Source: an uncultured SAR86 cluster bacterium (GTDB lineage: Bacteria; Pseudomonadota; Gammaproteobacteria; Magnimaribacterales; TMED112). From it: DNA of 64,000 nt. Of this stretch, positions 40,406 to 49,964 are shown in pieces. Location of the stretch: NCBI GenBank assembly GCA_902535365.1, contig CACATF010000002.1:15114-79113 (forward strand). Reading direction: 5' to 3'. The translations under genes and the position numbers were made by a program. Within the stretch, counting starts at the first letter, position 1. Every line of letters begins with the position of its first letter. The notes beneath the pieces are model-generated. The model made no database searches, had not been told where the DNA came from, and saw only the letters and a list, made by a program, of their open reading frames with translations.

Positions 40406-41034
40406 GTTAGTAGCTTTCCAATATCAGTTCTAACCTCATCAAGAGTTCTAGAGGCATCTATTTCATGGAAATCCTGTCCCTTAGTCTTATAAAAATTTAA
40501 CAGAGGCTCTGTTTCCTCATAATAAACCTCTAATCGCTTTTTAATAACTTCCGGATTATCGTCTTCTCTTTGGATTAGAGCTTCGCCGGTTATGTCGTCA
40601 CAACCGTCAATTTTAGGTGGGTTATTCTTGATATGGTATGTTCTGCCAGATGGAAGGTGAACTCTTCTTCCTGACATTCTTTGTATAATTTCATCTTCTG
40701 AAATCTTCAAAAAAATTACCTTATCAATTGATACTTTTGCATCATCAAGAGCTATGCCTTGATCAATATTCCTTGGGAATCCATCAAGCAAGAAACCTTC
40801 TTTGCAATCTTCTCTGGAGATTCTATCAACCAACATTTCAACAATTATTTCATTTGGTACTAATTTGCCTGATGAAAGAAATTCCTGAACTTTTTCTCCA
40901 AGTGGTGTATTAGACTGCCCTACCTCACGCAAAATTGCCCCTGTAGAAATTTGGGGTATTTTGTTTTCTCTTTCAATTATTTCGGCCTGGGTTCCTTTTC
41001 CGGCACCAGGCATGCCAAGAAGTATAAGATTCAT
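40402..41034 (-). CDS. adk: Adenylate kinase
   Basis: P-loop GMPGAGKGTQ. LID segment GRRVHLPSGRTYH. Confidence 0.95.
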   Translation of the reverse strand: MNLILLGMPGAGKGTQAEIIERENKIPQISTGAILREVGQSNTPLGEKVQEFLSSGKLVPNEIIVEMLVDRISREDCKEGFLLDGFPRNIDQGIALDDAKVSIDKVIFLKISEDEIIQRMSGRRVHLPSGRTYHIKNNPPKIDGCDDITGEALIQREDDNPEVIKKRLEVYYEETEPLLNFYKTKGQDFHEIDASRTLDEVRTDIGKLLT

Positions 41035-41387
41035 TTTTCTAAAACAATAAAAGACAAAGTATATCTGGCTGTATTTGTTATTGATAGATGAACATTAAAA
41101 TTTGCTGAATTATTAAAAGATAAATATGGCTTGCCAAGATTATTTTTAATGACAGATATATCAGGTGGATAAATGCCTCTAAAACCTGTTCCTAATGCTT
41201 TAACGAGAGCCTCTTTTGCTGTAAAAGATGAGCACATTTTTTTTATTTTTTGCGATAATGTAAGTTTTTCAAAATCCTCAAGCTCAGATTTTGACAAGAT
41301 TTTCTTTGCAAACCTTCCTTTATACCTCTCATAAAGATATTTAACTCTTTCGTTCTCAACTAAATCTGTACCTATAGAATGAATCAT
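41031..41387 (-). CDS. acpS: Holo-ACP synthase
   Basis: 118 aa. GTDLVE N-terminus and FTAKEALVKALG motif. Confidence 0.9.
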   Translation of the reverse strand: MIHSIGTDLVENERVKYLYERYKGRFAKKILSKSELEDFEKLTLSQKIKKMCSSFTAKEALVKALGTGFRGIYPPDISVIKNNLGKPYLSFNNSANFNVHLSITNTARYTLSFIVLEK

Positions 41388-42061
41388 TTAAAAAATACTC
41401 TACTTTGTATATTAAGTTCTGAAAAATAGTGGTCAAATGTTTGTCTGGTTATGACTTTGCAAACTCGCAATGACGATTCAGAAAAATCCATAGAACTTAT
41501 TCCAATAAGATCTTTTCCAGTGTGCCCATCACTACACTCGTAAAATCCACTCTCAGGTCGATAACTATATTTTTTTTCTTTCGAAATAGGTTCACCGTTT
41601 GAATATTCAGATTCCAAATTTATTTCGTAACCTAACTCTGATAACACTTTTAACTCAAAGATCCTTAAAACTACCTCTATATTTTTTTCAGCTTTTAAGT
41701 TTTGAATACAGTCTTGGTATATTTTAAAGAGTTCTGTTGATTCATCGGAATAAGGCAGTAAAAAATTTATTAGTTCATTAACATAGAAGGCAGAGAAAAG
41801 GTTTTCACTTTCAACAAAATCTTTGTAAGGCTCAATTGACTCAGCTAAAAAAAGGGTTTTAAGATTGCTCCTTCCGCCATAATCAATATTAAGTAGCTGG
41901 AAAGGTTCAAGGTTGCCAGAAAATTTTGATTTTTTTCTTTTAGCTCCCTTTGCAACTGCATCAACCTTACCGTTTCTCTCCGTAAGGAATGTAACTATAA
42001 GGCTTGTTTCTTTGTATGGTTTTGAATGAACGACAAAAGCTTTCTGCTTGTTAGTATCCAT
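41384..42061 (-). CDS. recO: DNA repair protein RecO
   Basis: 225 aa. The N-terminal OB region (AFVVHSKPYKETSLIVTFLT) and the position between era and acpS are conserved. Confidence 0.85.
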   Translation of the reverse strand: MDTNKQKAFVVHSKPYKETSLIVTFLTERNGKVDAVAKGAKRKKSKFSGNLEPFQLLNIDYGGRSNLKTLFLAESIEPYKDFVESENLFSAFYVNELINFLLPYSDESTELFKIYQDCIQNLKAEKNIEVVLRIFELKVLSELGYEINLESEYSNGEPISKEKKYSYRPESGFYECSDGHTGKDLIGISSMDFSESSLRVCKVITRQTFDHYFSELNIQSRVFFK

Positions 42062-42948
42062 TAGTTCTTAATACCAAGACTTTCCAATGTTATAGGATTG
42101 TTAACCCAATTTTTTTTAACCTTGCACCAAAGGTTCAAAACGACTTTAGAATCGAGTTTTTTTTCAAGATCTTTTCGGGCAGAAACACCAATTGCTTTTA
42201 TTTTTGAGCCGTCTTTACCAATTACAATTTTCTTTTGACTTTCTTTGAGGACAAAAATAGTTGCGCCAATCGAAACTTCATTTGCGTTCCGATCAAATGT
42301 ATCAATAGCAACTGCAGTTTCATATGGCAATTCATCTCCCAGAAGGCGAATTACCTTTTCTCTTATTATTTCTGATATTTCAAAGGTTACGCTTTGAAAG
42401 TTAAATTCTCCATCAGGGTAGAAAAAATCATTTTCTGGCATAAGGTTGTTTAGCTCTTGCTCAACAATCTCTATACCTTCAGATTTTTCTGCACACATTG
42501 GAACTACAGCATCAAAACTGAAATCACCAAAATGCTTTGTAACAAACTCATAGAGATCGGGTTTATGCTTTACCAAATCAATTTTATTTATAGCTAATAT
42601 TTTTTTTGCATCTGAAGTTTTCATTAACTCAAAGCACTCTCGATCAATATCATCAAATTTTGTGCCGGCAACCATAAAAATTATTACATCAACATCATGT
42701 ATAACTTCTCCAGGTTTTTTTCGTAGGATTTTATTCAATGCCTTGTCGTTTTTCTTATGTATCCCTGGGGTATCAATGAAGATAGTTTGCAGATCTTTTG
42801 AAGTTCTGACTGCAAAGATATTAGATCTTGTTGTTTGTGATTTGCTTGATGTTATAGATACTTTTTCTTCAAGAAAATTATTTAAAAAAGTAGATTTTCC
42901 AACATTGGTTTTACCAATTATTGTTACGTACCCACATTTCGTCATCAA
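42061..42948 (-). CDS. era: GTPase Era
   Basis: G1 GKTNVGKST. G3 DTPG. G4 NKID. C-terminal KH domain (VIGKDGSKIK). Confidence 0.94.
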   Translation of the reverse strand: MMTKCGYVTIIGKTNVGKSTFLNNFLEEKVSITSSKSQTTRSNIFAVRTSKDLQTIFIDTPGIHKKNDKALNKILRKKPGEVIHDVDVIIFMVAGTKFDDIDRECFELMKTSDAKKILAINKIDLVKHKPDLYEFVTKHFGDFSFDAVVPMCAEKSEGIEIVEQELNNLMPENDFFYPDGEFNFQSVTFEISEIIREKVIRLLGDELPYETAVAIDTFDRNANEVSIGATIFVLKESQKKIVIGKDGSKIKAIGVSARKDLEKKLDSKVVLNLWCKVKKNWVNNPITLESLGIKN

Positions 42949-43847
42949 TTAATATTCCCTGCTCTTTTGAAATTAGGCCAGCCACCTGATTCCCATGAAA
43001 GCCAGATATAATCTGCTCTTCCCCAGATTACTTCCTCGCTTATTACTCCCCAAGCCCTACTATCATTTGAATTATCTCTGTTATCTCCGCTTACAAAATA
43101 CATACCTTGTGGAACTTCCCATGAACCGGTTGAGCTATTTCTATTCATAAGCCTAATAACATAATCTTTGTTGTTGGTTTCACTTACCAGCCGAGCCCCA
43201 CTGGAGTCAAAATCGATAAGCTGTTGCTCAAGCACTACACCATTAACATAGAATTTTTTATTGATGTATGTAACTTTGTCGCCTCCTTTTGCAATAACTC
43301 TTTTTACAAAAGGAACTGTAGGCTTGTGCGGAGGAAAAAAGACTACTACTTCTCCAACATCAGGACCTTTTGAAAATAATTTTTTTCTTCCTGAGAAAGG
43401 CACCTCTAGGCCATAAGCATTTCTATTGACTAGGACAAAATCTCCTACTTCCAAATTTGGTTTCATGGAGGAAGATGGGATTTGCCAAGGCTCATAGATA
43501 TAACCTCTAATTAAAAAAACTAAGAAAATATTGATAAACCAACCACGACTCTCTTTAATTATTTCCTGATAGCCACCAATTTGTGAATGGATGAGAATAG
43601 ATACAGAGAAGATTGAGTAAAATGCCAGCAAATCTCCAATATTCCACTGTCTAACAAACAGTATCCCAATAATGAGTATTGAGATTATCAAAGCTAATCT
43701 TTGTAAATTTCTGTGCAGCTTTTCTTGAAAATTTCCTGTGACTTTTGCCCAATACCAATGAATTGAAATCGCACAGATTGCGAGGTTAAGAAGAATATAT
43801 ACGAATACATTTGAAATTGGCTCCACTAAAGTAAAAAAAATATCCAT
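42945..43847 (-). CDS. lepB: Signal peptidase I
   Basis: Catalytic Ser box SSSMKPNL. Lys box VKRVIA. Box E GDNRDNSNDSR. Confidence 0.93.
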   Translation of the reverse strand: MDIFFTLVEPISNVFVYILLNLAICAISIHWYWAKVTGNFQEKLHRNLQRLALIISILIIGILFVRQWNIGDLLAFYSIFSVSILIHSQIGGYQEIIKESRGWFINIFLVFLIRGYIYEPWQIPSSSMKPNLEVGDFVLVNRNAYGLEVPFSGRKKLFSKGPDVGEVVVFFPPHKPTVPFVKRVIAKGGDKVTYINKKFYVNGVVLEQQLIDFDSSGARLVSETNNKDYVIRLMNRNSSTGSWEVPQGMYFVSGDNRDNSNDSRAWGVISEEVIWGRADYIWLSWESGGWPNFKRAGNIN

Positions 43848-45634
43848 TATTTTTTCTCAGTAGACAAGAAACTTAAAAAAGCTTCCTGTGGTAAGGCAAC
43901 TTTACCAATTTGTTTCATTTTTTTCTTACCTGCTTTTTGTTTCTCTAGCAATTTCTTTTTTCTAGTGACATCTCCACCGTATAGTTTAGCAGTTACATTT
44001 TTTCTGAAAGCTTTTACGCTCTCTCGTGCAATAATTTTACTGCCCAACATGATTTGAATTGGTATTTCAAACATTTGTCTTGGTATTACATTTCTTAGCC
44101 TTTGAGCGATATCGCGTCCTTTCCTTTGGGCTTCTGATTTGTGCATTATTGCTGATAAAGAATCTACGACCAAACCATTTATAGCGACATCTACCTTAAC
44201 TAAATCAGCTTTTTGAAATCTATCAAAGACAAAATCAACAGATGCATACCCTTGGCTTTTTGATTTAAGAATATCAAAGAAATCCATAACTATTTCGGAT
44301 AATGGCATTTCAAAAATTATTGATACTTGTCCACCAAGATACTGCAAATCTTTTTGAACACCTCTCTTTGACATAGCAAGCTCAATTACATCACCTACAT
44401 ATTTATTTGGACATAAAACTGTAGATTTAATTATCGGTTCCCTAATCTCTTCAATTTCATTTGGGGTAGGAAGTTCAGCTGGTGAACTAATGGACAATTC
44501 TTCTCCATTTGTTTTCAATACCTCATATGCAACACTTGGTGCAGTGGTAATAAGATCTAAATCATATTCTCTCTCAAGCCTTTCTTTAACAACTTCCATA
44601 TGCAAGGTGCCTAGAAAACCGCACCTAAAACCACTCCCAAGTATTTCAGAATTTTCTGGTTCAAAAACCAAAGAGGCATCATTTAGGTTTAATTTTTGTA
44701 GCGCCTCCCTGAAAGCTTGATAGTCATTTGATTCAATCGGAAAAAACGATGCAAATACTTGAGGCTTTACTTCTTCAAAACCATCCAGCTCTTTTGTTTC
44801 TGGAAATTTAGCAGTAACTAGAGTATCGCCAACTGGAACAGATTTTAAATCTTTTACACTTGCAACTAGATAGCCAACCTCGCCTTGATTTAAAACATCA
44901 CAAGGAACTTTCTTGGGTGTGAATTTGCCAATTGTGTCTGCAGTAAATGTTTGTCCAGTAGATTTCACAATAAACTTATCACCTTTTTTTAGCTGTCCAC
45001 TAAAAATTCTAATTAGTGATATTACGCCAAGAAAATTGTCGTACCATGAATCAATAATTAAAGCTTGCAAATTTTCTTCATCAGATTTTTTAGGTGCTGG
45101 GATTTTGTGCGCAATTTGCTGCATAAGTTCATTCAAATTTGTTCCGTCTTTGGCGCTTACAGATAAGGCTTCTGATGCGTCAATGCCTATGATTTCTTCT
45201 ATTTCTTTTTTGACTCTTTCAGGTTCTGCTTGTGGAAGATCAATTTTGTTAATAACGGGTATAACCTCAAGACCCAGGTCAATTGCCTTGTAGCATGTTG
45301 ATAATGTCTGTGCCTCCACACCTTGAGAGCCATCGACAACAAGTAACGCGCCCTCACATGCTGCTAGTGAGCGAGAAACTTCATAAGAAAAGTCTACATG
45401 GCCTGGAGTATCTATTAGATTGAATTGATATTCTTGGTCGTCTGTATATGTTAGTGCTACGGACTGAGCTTTTATAGTAATGCCTCTTTCACGCTCTAAT
45501 TCAAGCGTATCAAGCACTTGAGCTTTCATTTCTCTTTTTGATAAGCCGCCACAAAACTCAATAATTCTGTCTGACAGCGTTGATTTCCCATGATCAATGT
45601 GGGCAATGATTGAAAAATTTCTAATTTTATTCAA
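43847..45634 (-). CDS. lepA: Translation elongation factor 4
   Basis: G1 [10 protein letters not shown]3 DTPGHVDF. 595 aa. LepA-specific C-terminal domain. lepA-lepB linkage. Confidence 0.96.
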   Translation of the reverse strand: MNKIRNFSIIAHIDHGKSTLSDRIIEFCGGLSKREMKAQVLDTLELERERGITIKAQSVALTYTDDQEYQFNLIDTPGHVDFSYEVSRSLAACEGALLVVDGSQGVEAQTLSTCYKAIDLGLEVIPVINKIDLPQAEPERVKKEIEEIIGIDASEALSVSAKDGTNLNELMQQIAHKIPAPKKSDEENLQALIIDSWYDNFLGVISLIRIFSGQLKKGDKFIVKSTGQTFTADTIGKFTPKKVPCDVLNQGEVGYLVASVKDLKSVPVGDTLVTAKFPETKELDGFEEVKPQVFASFFPIESNDYQAFREALQKLNLNDASLVFEPENSEILGSGFRCGFLGTLHMEVVKERLEREYDLDLITTAPSVAYEVLKTNGEELSISSPAELPTPNEIEEIREPIIKSTVLCPNKYVGDVIELAMSKRGVQKDLQYLGGQVSIIFEMPLSEIVMDFFDILKSKSQGYASVDFVFDRFQKADLVKVDVAINGLVVDSLSAIMHKSEAQRKGRDIAQRLRNVIPRQMFEIPIQIMLGSKIIARESVKAFRKNVTAKLYGGDVTRKKKLLEKQKAGKKKMKQIGKVALPQEAFLSFLSTEKK

Positions 45635-47015
45635 TTTCTACAGGCTCAAATATATTGGTTCCATTTCGGTTACCAATTATAAGAATTATGTCGCCTGTAT
45701 CAAACGAATCAAGTGCATTTTTAAAATCTTCAATTGAGGCAATATTAAAGCTTGTGTTTCCAGATTTCACTTCTGTAATAATATCCCCCCTAAATAAAAG
45801 CCCAAAAGCTGGTGAGGAAGAAAGAACTCTGAGTACTCTTACTCCTGCTGTGTCATCTAATGGCTCACGTTCATCTTGCAAGCTTCCAAGTTCAAGCCCT
45901 AATGGAAGCGATGGATTTTTAGGTGCTTCTGGTGCTGTCTCAGTAGTTTCTTGATTTGGAAAAGTTCCTATCTTTACGTTGACTGATATGTACTTGCCGT
46001 CTCGAAAAACTCTTGCATTTACATTTGTGCCAGGTTTTGTTCGCCCAACTGTATGCTGCAAATCTTTAAAATAAACAATTTCTTTTCCACCCATTGCAAC
46101 AATAACATCACCTGGTTTAATGCCGCTTAGCTCAGCAGCACCATCCTTAACGACAGCTCTTACAAGAGCTCCAATAGGTTTTTCCATACCAAGTGCTGTT
46201 GCTAGGTCACTTGAAACCTCGCCTCCCTGAACACCCAGATAACCTCTAGAAAACTTTCCATCAGTTTTAAGCTGTTCAACAACTTCCATGGCAACATTTA
46301 TAGGTATTGCAAATGCAAGACCTTCATTACCACCTGAGCGTGAATAAATTTGAGAGTTAATCCCTATAACTTCTCCATCTAGGTTGAACAAAGGTCCTCC
46401 AGAATTACCTCTATTAACGGCAGCGTCTGTTTGTAAATACGGGACATAGTCACCAATTCCTTGGCCGGAGGTAGTTCCTCTGCCAGTTGCACTAATAATC
46501 CCAAAAGTTACTGAAAAATCGAAATTGTACGGAGATCCTATAGCAATAACGCCATCACCCTGCTCAACTTGATCTGAATCACCAACAACAACAGGAGCAA
46601 ACCCATTAGAATCAATTTTTAATAAAGCTATGTCACTTAGTTCATCAGTTCCCACAATTTCAGCTTTAAACTCTCTTCTATCTAGGAATCTAACAATAAC
46701 TTCATCTGCATCCTGCACTACGTGATAGTTTGTAATAACATATCCGTCTTTTGAGATAACGAAGCCTGACCCTGTGCTCTTAGCTTCTCTTTCTTGGCCC
46801 CTTGGGTCTTCCATATCCGGCATAGGAAAACCAAATTCTCTAAACAACTCCTCTGGAAAACCACGCATTGATCTGCCTGATGACTTAATAATTCTTGTAG
46901 ATTCAATATTAACTACTGAGTCAGATTGCTGTTTTACAAGATCAGAAAAATCAAAATCATGTGCTTGTAAATTTAAGAATAGGAAGGCAATTAGCCCAAG
47001 TAGTATTTTTTTCAT
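45627..47015 (-). CDS. degP: Periplasmic HtrA-family serine endoprotease (DegP/MucD-like) with two PDZ domains
   Basis: Signal peptide. Catalytic Ser block GNSGGPLFN. Position after the rpoE/anti-sigma genes, as mucD in Pseudomonas. Confidence 0.9.
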   Translation of the reverse strand: MKKILLGLIAFLFLNLQAHDFDFSDLVKQQSDSVVNIESTRIIKSSGRSMRGFPEELFREFGFPMPDMEDPRGQEREAKSTGSGFVISKDGYVITNYHVVQDADEVIVRFLDRREFKAEIVGTDELSDIALLKIDSNGFAPVVVGDSDQVEQGDGVIAIGSPYNFDFSVTFGIISATGRGTTSGQGIGDYVPYLQTDAAVNRGNSGGPLFNLDGEVIGINSQIYSRSGGNEGLAFAIPINVAMEVVEQLKTDGKFSRGYLGVQGGEVSSDLATALGMEKPIGALVRAVVKDGAAELSGIKPGDVIVAMGGKEIVYFKDLQHTVGRTKPGTNVNARVFRDGKYISVNVKIGTFPNQETTETAPEAPKNPSLPLGLELGSLQDEREPLDDTAGVRVLRVLSSSPAFGLLFRGDIITEVKSGNTSFNIASIEDFKNALDSFDTGDIILIIGNRNGTNIFEPVEIE

Positions 47016-47024
47016 TTATAAGTC

Positions 47025-47762
47025 CTAATGTTTTACTTCAATAGAATTAAGGATTTTTTTGCCTGATTCAATATCAATATCACCGAATACTGCAATTGTA
47101 TGAGGCTTGTCACCATGATAATGAGTCTTTTTTATTAAAACAAAATTTTCTCTTGTATATGTGCCGTCTGGTAGATTTAGAGTATTAGGATTATTGATAA
47201 ATACTGAGAATTGTTTTTTGTTAAGCCTGTTTATAAATCTATTCCTAGTGTTTGGGTCAGTATTAAAGCCGGCCGGAACCCATTTAGGTGTATAAGCCAC
47301 TGGCATCAGTGCAGAGTTATCTTGAGCCCCATAATGTCTTGAGGCAAATTGCAAAATTTCTGCGTTTTCAATGTTATCCAGCGTTTGTTTAGCTTCTACA
47401 GACGCAATACTCTGCTCAATTAATATATTTCCTGGTGATCTGTCTTCATTTTCGTTTAGTGCATTTGTAAGAACTGAATAACTCATTACTGCACCTACTG
47501 CGAAAATCGTAGCTGGTAAGACCAATCTTTGTGTAAAAATTGAGAATAAGTTTTGAAGCGTAAGGTTGGATAAATTTCTTTTTATAGATAGGGATTTTAA
47601 ATTTGAAGAAGTATGGCTTAACTCAACCATTTGAAAATAAAGGTTTTTTAATTCTGGTTTGCTTTCCATTTCGGCGATTAAAGCATTAACTTCCGTTCTT
47701 GAAAGCTCACCATCTAAAAAGGATGATAATCTTGCAAAATCATAGTCTGATATCGTTTTCAT
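47025..47762 (-). CDS. rseA: Anti-sigma-E factor: RseA-like N-terminal domain, one TM helix, periplasmic part resembling the RseB/MucB C-terminal domain
   Basis: N-terminus LSSFLDGELSRTEVNALIAEMESKPELKNLY resembles RseA LSALMDGE...NPEMQ. TM helix near residues 80-100. C-terminus WVPAGF...FSVFINNP...TIAVFGDIDIESGKKILNSI resembles the RseB C-terminus (WLPxGF...FSVxV...IVGExPxxTAKRIAxSI). Confidence 0.7.
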   Translation of the reverse strand: MKTISDYDFARLSSFLDGELSRTEVNALIAEMESKPELKNLYFQMVELSHTSSNLKSLSIKRNLSNLTLQNLFSIFTQRLVLPATIFAVGAVMSYSVLTNALNENEDRSPGNILIEQSIASVEAKQTLDNIENAEILQFASRHYGAQDNSALMPVAYTPKWVPAGFNTDPNTRNRFINRLNKKQFSVFINNPNTLNLPDGTYTRENFVLIKKTHYHGDKPHTIAVFGDIDIESGKKILNSIEVKH

Positions 47763-48298
47763 AATTTGTCTTTAAGGTTCTCCAGTAAGTATTGTCTTGC
47801 TCGAAAAATTCTTGATCTAATAGTTCCAACTGGAACACCAGTTATGGCAGCTATTTCCTCATAGTTTTTTGAATCAACTTCGCACAAAATGTAAGCTGTT
47901 CTTTGTTCTTCAGGAACCTCATTTAGAAGATTTTGAACAATATTTGTTAGCTCATTACTCTCTAATTCTTCTTCAATATTATCCTTAGCTGACAGAGTAG
48001 TTTCAAAAACTTCATCAATTTGATTTTCTCTGGAAGAATTAATCTTTGTAATGGCAAGATTAAAACCTATCCTGTATAACCAAGTGTAAAAATTTGAGTT
48101 ACCCTTGAATGTATCTATTTTCTCCCAGGCACGCATAAATGCCTGTTGTACAATATCTTCAGTCTCATGGTAATTCTTTAGAATTTTAAATAATGAATGA
48201 TGCAACCTTGTTTTAAAGGTTGTGAACAATATCTCAAATGCACCTGAGTCACCATTTTGTGATAACTCAACCAATTGTGGAATATTATCTTTTTTCAT
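47759..48298 (-). CDS. rpoE: ECF RNA polymerase sigma factor sigma-E
   Basis: Region 2 (DIVQQAFMRAWEKIDTF, FYTWLYRIGFN) and region 4 (YEEIAAITGVPVGTIRSRIFRAR). Followed by the anti-sigma gene. Confidence 0.92.
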   Translation of the reverse strand: MKKDNIPQLVELSQNGDSGAFEILFTTFKTRLHHSLFKILKNYHETEDIVQQAFMRAWEKIDTFKGNSNFYTWLYRIGFNLAITKINSSRENQIDEVFETTLSAKDNIEEELESNELTNIVQNLLNEVPEEQRTAYILCEVDSKNYEEIAAITGVPVGTIRSRIFRARQYLLENLKDKL

Positions 48299-48305
48299 CT
48301 CTTCT

Positions 48306-48332
48306 TTTGATTATTAACACATTAATTAGTTC
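48306..48332 (-). promoter_or_regulatory. Sigma-E-type promoter-like motif GAACTA-N16-TCAAA immediately upstream of rpoE
   Basis: The minus strand reads GAACTA (48332..48327), a 16-nt spacer, then TCAAA (48310..48306), then 7 nt before the rpoE ATG. The E. coli sigma-E consensus is GGAACTT-N16-TCAAA. In AT-rich sequence a chance match is possible. Confidence 0.3.
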
Positions 48333-48334
48333 AT

Positions 48335-48571
48335 TTATTCATATAAAAAGTTTTTAAGCGAGGAAAATTTATTTTCAAAAGCATCTCTTTGCTTGAAGAT
48401 TAAGTCAAAAATTTCTTGATCATTTAAATTTAGAAGATCTTCTAATTCTTCTTTTTGCACTTTAGACAGTGTCTGGTACTCTGCAAAAATTCTTTTTAGA
48501 ATTTCAGTTGTTTCCTTCATACCTCTTCTTGCTTTAAAATTTAATTTTTTAAAGGTTAAATCACTTTCCAT
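48335..48571 (-). CDS. sdhE: FAD assembly factor SdhE (YgfY family)
   Basis: 78 aa with the conserved R-G-x-x-E motif (ARRGMKE). Divergent from ygfZ as in E. coli. Confidence 0.8.
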   Translation of the reverse strand: MESDLTFKKLNFKARRGMKETTEILKRIFAEYQTLSKVQKEELEDLLNLNDQEIFDLIFKQRDAFENKFSSLKNFLYE

Positions 48572-49283
48572 GAATAAATTTTATCAATTAGACAAATATT
48601 GCGCCATTAAAATTAATGGGGATAGAGGGCGCGAATTTCTACAAGGCCAAGCTTCCTGTGATCTCAATACCAATGCTAAACACTGGACTGGTTTATTTTG
48701 TGATGAAAAAGGGTTTGTCTTATCAAATGCAACAATAGTATTGGATGGTAATTTTTATTTAGTTGTAAGAGAGTGCGTTGGCGAAACCTTAATTAATGAT
48801 TTAACTAAATATGCTCTTTTTTACAAATGTAGTTTTGAAATGACTAACAAAAAGGTCTTTGCTGAAGTAACAAATACAACAATTAGAAAAGGTTTTAGAC
48901 ATTCACAAGATCCATCTACCAAAACTTCTGACTGGGAAAGGGTGTGTATGGAAAATTTTCAATATGATATTGATTGTGAGATGTTTGGAAAATTCAGACC
49001 ACAAGAGCTTGGTTACGATTTAGAAAAGTTCATTTCGTATGAAAAAGGTTGTTATAGGGGTCAAGAAATCATTGCTAGGGTTACCTACCTTGGCAAAAAA
49101 AATAAGGCTGCTGTGATATTTGCAAATGCAAAATCACCAATTACAGATGTTGCAGGCAAGAAGATTGGAAAAGAAGTTTTTTCAAAAAATTTTGAAAACC
49201 TAACCCTCCATCACTATTACATTGAAAAAAATGACTACTTTGTTGAAGGAGAACAGATTAGCCCGTTTGCCAGTCAATGGTAG
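48570..49283 (+). CDS. ygfZ: Folate-binding Fe-S cluster repair / tRNA-modification protein YgfZ
   Basis: Signature K-G-C-Y-x-G-Q-E (EKGCYRGQEIIARV). N-terminal FLQGQASCDL resembles E. coli YMQGQVTADV. Confidence 0.82.
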   Translation: MNKFYQLDKYCAIKINGDRGREFLQGQASCDLNTNAKHWTGLFCDEKGFVLSNATIVLDGNFYLVVRECVGETLINDLTKYALFYKCSFEMTNKKVFAEVTNTTIRKGFRHSQDPSTKTSDWERVCMENFQYDIDCEMFGKFRPQELGYDLEKFISYEKGCYRGQEIIARVTYLGKKNKAAVIFANAKSPITDVAGKKIGKEVFSKNFENLTLHHYYIEKNDYFVEGEQISPFASQW

Positions 49284-49917
49284 TTTGATTAATTGACTTG
49301 AGAATCTCATTAGCTTTTGAAAAATGTTTGCATCCAAAAAAACCACTTGAAGCTGATAAAGGTGATGGGTGTGCAGCCTCAAGAATAAAATTTTTCTCGC
49401 AAATCAAATCTTTTTTTTGTTTTGCATGATTCCCCCAAAGCATAAAAATTATATTTCCTTTGGCTTGGATCAATGAAACAACTTTATCAGTAAATAACTC
49501 CCAGCCAATTTTGGAATGAGATCCAGGATTTCCTTCAACAACAGATAAGGAAGTATTCAATAACATCACACCTTGTTTTGCCCAATGTGATAAATCACCA
49601 TTTGTGTTCGAAATTGCTAAATCATTTTCGATTTCAATAAAAATATTTCTGAGTGATGGTGGCAATTTATGATTTCTACCTACTGAGAAAGCTAAACCAT
49701 TTGCTGTATTTGGTGAGTGGTAAGGATCCTGACCAACAATAACAATTTTTGTTGTCTCAAACTTGCAGAGCTCAAGAGATTTAAAAAATTGTGAGGGGTT
49801 TGGATGTATTTTTTTTCCTGAATTATTATCATCAACTAGGCGTTTTTTTATGCTCTTAAAATAGTTCTTTTTAAACTCTTGTTCTAAAAAATTATTCCAA
49901 AAATTTTCTTCTTCCAT
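49258..49917 (-). CDS. ung: Uracil-DNA glycosylase
   Basis: Family-1 UDG motifs VIVGQDPYH and AAHPSPLSA. Confidence 0.94.
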   Translation of the reverse strand: MEEENFWNNFLEQEFKKNYFKSIKKRLVDDNNSGKKIHPNPSQFFKSLELCKFETTKIVIVGQDPYHSPNTANGLAFSVGRNHKLPPSLRNIFIEIENDLAISNTNGDLSHWAKQGVMLLNTSLSVVEGNPGSHSKIGWELFTDKVVSLIQAKGNIIFMLWGNHAKQKKDLICEKNFILEAAHPSPLSASSGFFGCKHFSKANEILKSINQTTIDWQTG

Positions 49918-49941
49918 GAGACCAAAAATAACACATTTTTT

Positions 49942-49964
49942 TTATCCACAGAAGCTGTGGATAA
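49942..49964. promoter_or_regulatory. Perfect inverted pair of DnaA boxes (TTATCCACA-gaagc-TGTGGATAA), 25 bp upstream of ung
   Basis: Both 9-mers match TTATCCACA exactly (49942..49950 on plus, 49956..49964 on minus). There is no U-tract on either transcript, so it is not a canonical terminator. Confidence 0.5.

Noticed and set aside
44913-45293. Long antisense ORFs inside well-supported genes (44913..45293 and 44490..44720 in lepA; 45655..45954 in degP; 56773..57072 and 57202..57498 in the SDR gene; 6225..6479, 7289..7543 in the FG-GAP gene; 25331..25624 and others in gltB)
   Set aside because: They are shadow frames opposite strongly conserved proteins. Their composition is low-complexity Ser/Leu/Ile-rich, with no motifs or ribosome-binding sites.
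49942-49964. Reading the 9-bp perfect inverted repeat as the serA terminator
   Set aside because: On the minus (serA) transcript the hairpin is followed by an A-run, not a U-tract, and it lies about 220 nt past the serA stop. No plus-strand gene ends here.
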